DNA of 32,000 nucleotides from Ignicoccus hospitalis KIN4/I (GTDB lineage Archaea; Thermoproteota; Thermoprotei_A; Sulfolobales; Ignicoccaceae): NCBI RefSeq assembly GCF_000017945.1, contig NC_009776.1, positions 1,110,001 to 1,142,000 of the forward strand, read 5' to 3'. Shown piece by piece: positions 31,604 to 32,000 of this stretch (position 1 is its first letter; each line of letters starts with the position of its first letter). The notes under the pieces were generated by a model. It saw only the letters and a program-made list of their open reading frames with translations, ran no database searches and was not told where the DNA came from. The position numbers and the translations under genes were made by a program.

Positions 31604-32000
31604 AAGCTTGATTTCGATTGCATCGACCGAATGGGAGGAGGCGGTCGCCGAGTTCAGGAAGTTCGCGATGAACTGCTCGGAATCAACTAACAGGGAGGCG
31701 TGCGACGAGAGGTTGAAGGACTACAAAGAAACTTTCAAAGATCTGATAAAGCTTAGGATATACAAGATGCTGAAAACCGAAGAAGTCCCGGAGACCTCGG
31801 TTGACGAGCCTTTCCTCAGGCTAGTGCTAAAGTTGATAACAGACTTCACCAGCTCCTTGGACGAGGTAGTGGCGGACGAGAGGGGCAGGGTTTTTGTGAT
31901 AGTTAGAAAGAGGTTGGACGTGGGAGGGGTAATAGCGGAGCCCAACGAGCTAGTTATGATGAGTTTAATGGAGGCTGTCGCGCTTAGCGCCTTCGGTTAC
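31560..32000 (+). CDS. GINS subunit, Gins51/Gins15-like (partial, runs off the window)
   Basis: Open frame from TTG 31560, preceded by a GGGAGGGCGAGGAG Shine-Dalgarno-like run. Three segments, LFDLLRRELSTESL, LIKLRIYKML and the later VFVIVRKRLDVGGV...ELVMMSLMEAVALSAFGY, resemble archaeal Gins51 A and B domains as I recall them. This ORF is not in the supplied track because no stop is reached. Confidence 0.5.
   Translation, partial: MRTLFDLLRRELSTESLISIASTEWEEAVAEFRKFAMNCSESTNREACDERLKDYKETFKDLIKLRIYKMLKTEEVPETSVDEPFLRLVLKLITDFTSSLDEVVADERGRVFVIVRKRLDVGGVIAEPNELVMMSLMEAVALSAFGY

Noticed and set aside
1-32000. Search by eye for CRISPR arrays, IS/transposase or integrase genes, direct repeats of the tRNA 3' half (att sites), toxin-antitoxin pairs and known defence genes.
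   Set aside because: None found. There are no regularly spaced repeats, no DDE or tyrosine-recombinase-like ORFs, and no second copy of the tRNA sequence. The window looks like core chromosome apart from the giant T-rich gene.

Overview
This is a compact archaeal chromosomal window. L14e/L19e/L32e, aIF2-beta, aSUI1, RpoP, a Gins51-like gene and an intron-containing tRNA mark it as archaeal. AGG/AAG/GAG-rich codon usage and high GC suggest a hyperthermophilic crenarchaeote, but I cannot name the species from sequence alone. About 40 genes lie on both strands, many with overlapping stop/start codons. They include an Rnl3-type RNA ligase, purL, TatD- and MBL-fold hydrolases, and a four-subunit 2-oxoacid:ferredoxin oxidoreductase (gamma-delta-alpha-beta). 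Also present are truD with L14e, a site-2 protease, mdh, an Rpp30-like protein, a PUA-methyltransferase, a lone transketolase N-terminal half and aIF2-beta. Further along are a MacB-type ABC pair preceded by an RHH/coiled-coil protein, UPF0179, tRNA-Arg(CCU) with a 19-nt intron, and a PAP2 phosphatase. The window ends with a truncated spc-type ribosomal block (L6-L32e-L19e-L18-S5-L30-L15), aSUI1, RpoP, a PGP-type HAD phosphatase, a DUF6884-like ORF and a partial Gins51-like gene. I saw no CRISPR array, IS element, integrase or recognisable defence gene. The stand-out is a stand-alone 1,278-aa gene (5735-9571). It encodes a signal peptide, a roughly 250-aa conventional domain, and then about 1,000 residues made almost entirely of Thr/Val/Leu/Ile with Pro-punctuated quasi-periodicity and lower local GC. 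I cannot place it in any characterised family, and it is the best candidate for something undescribed, such as an extracellular fibre, sheath or matrix protein. Secondary oddities: aIF2-beta has no canonical start codon upstream of its conserved N-terminal helix; the UPF0179 C-terminal tail is encoded by the tRNA promoter and 5' acceptor stem; there is a small, independently expressed Ala-rich membrane protein; twin perfect palindromes sit in front of the ABC ATPase; and a 230-nt non-coding tract follows the tRNA.
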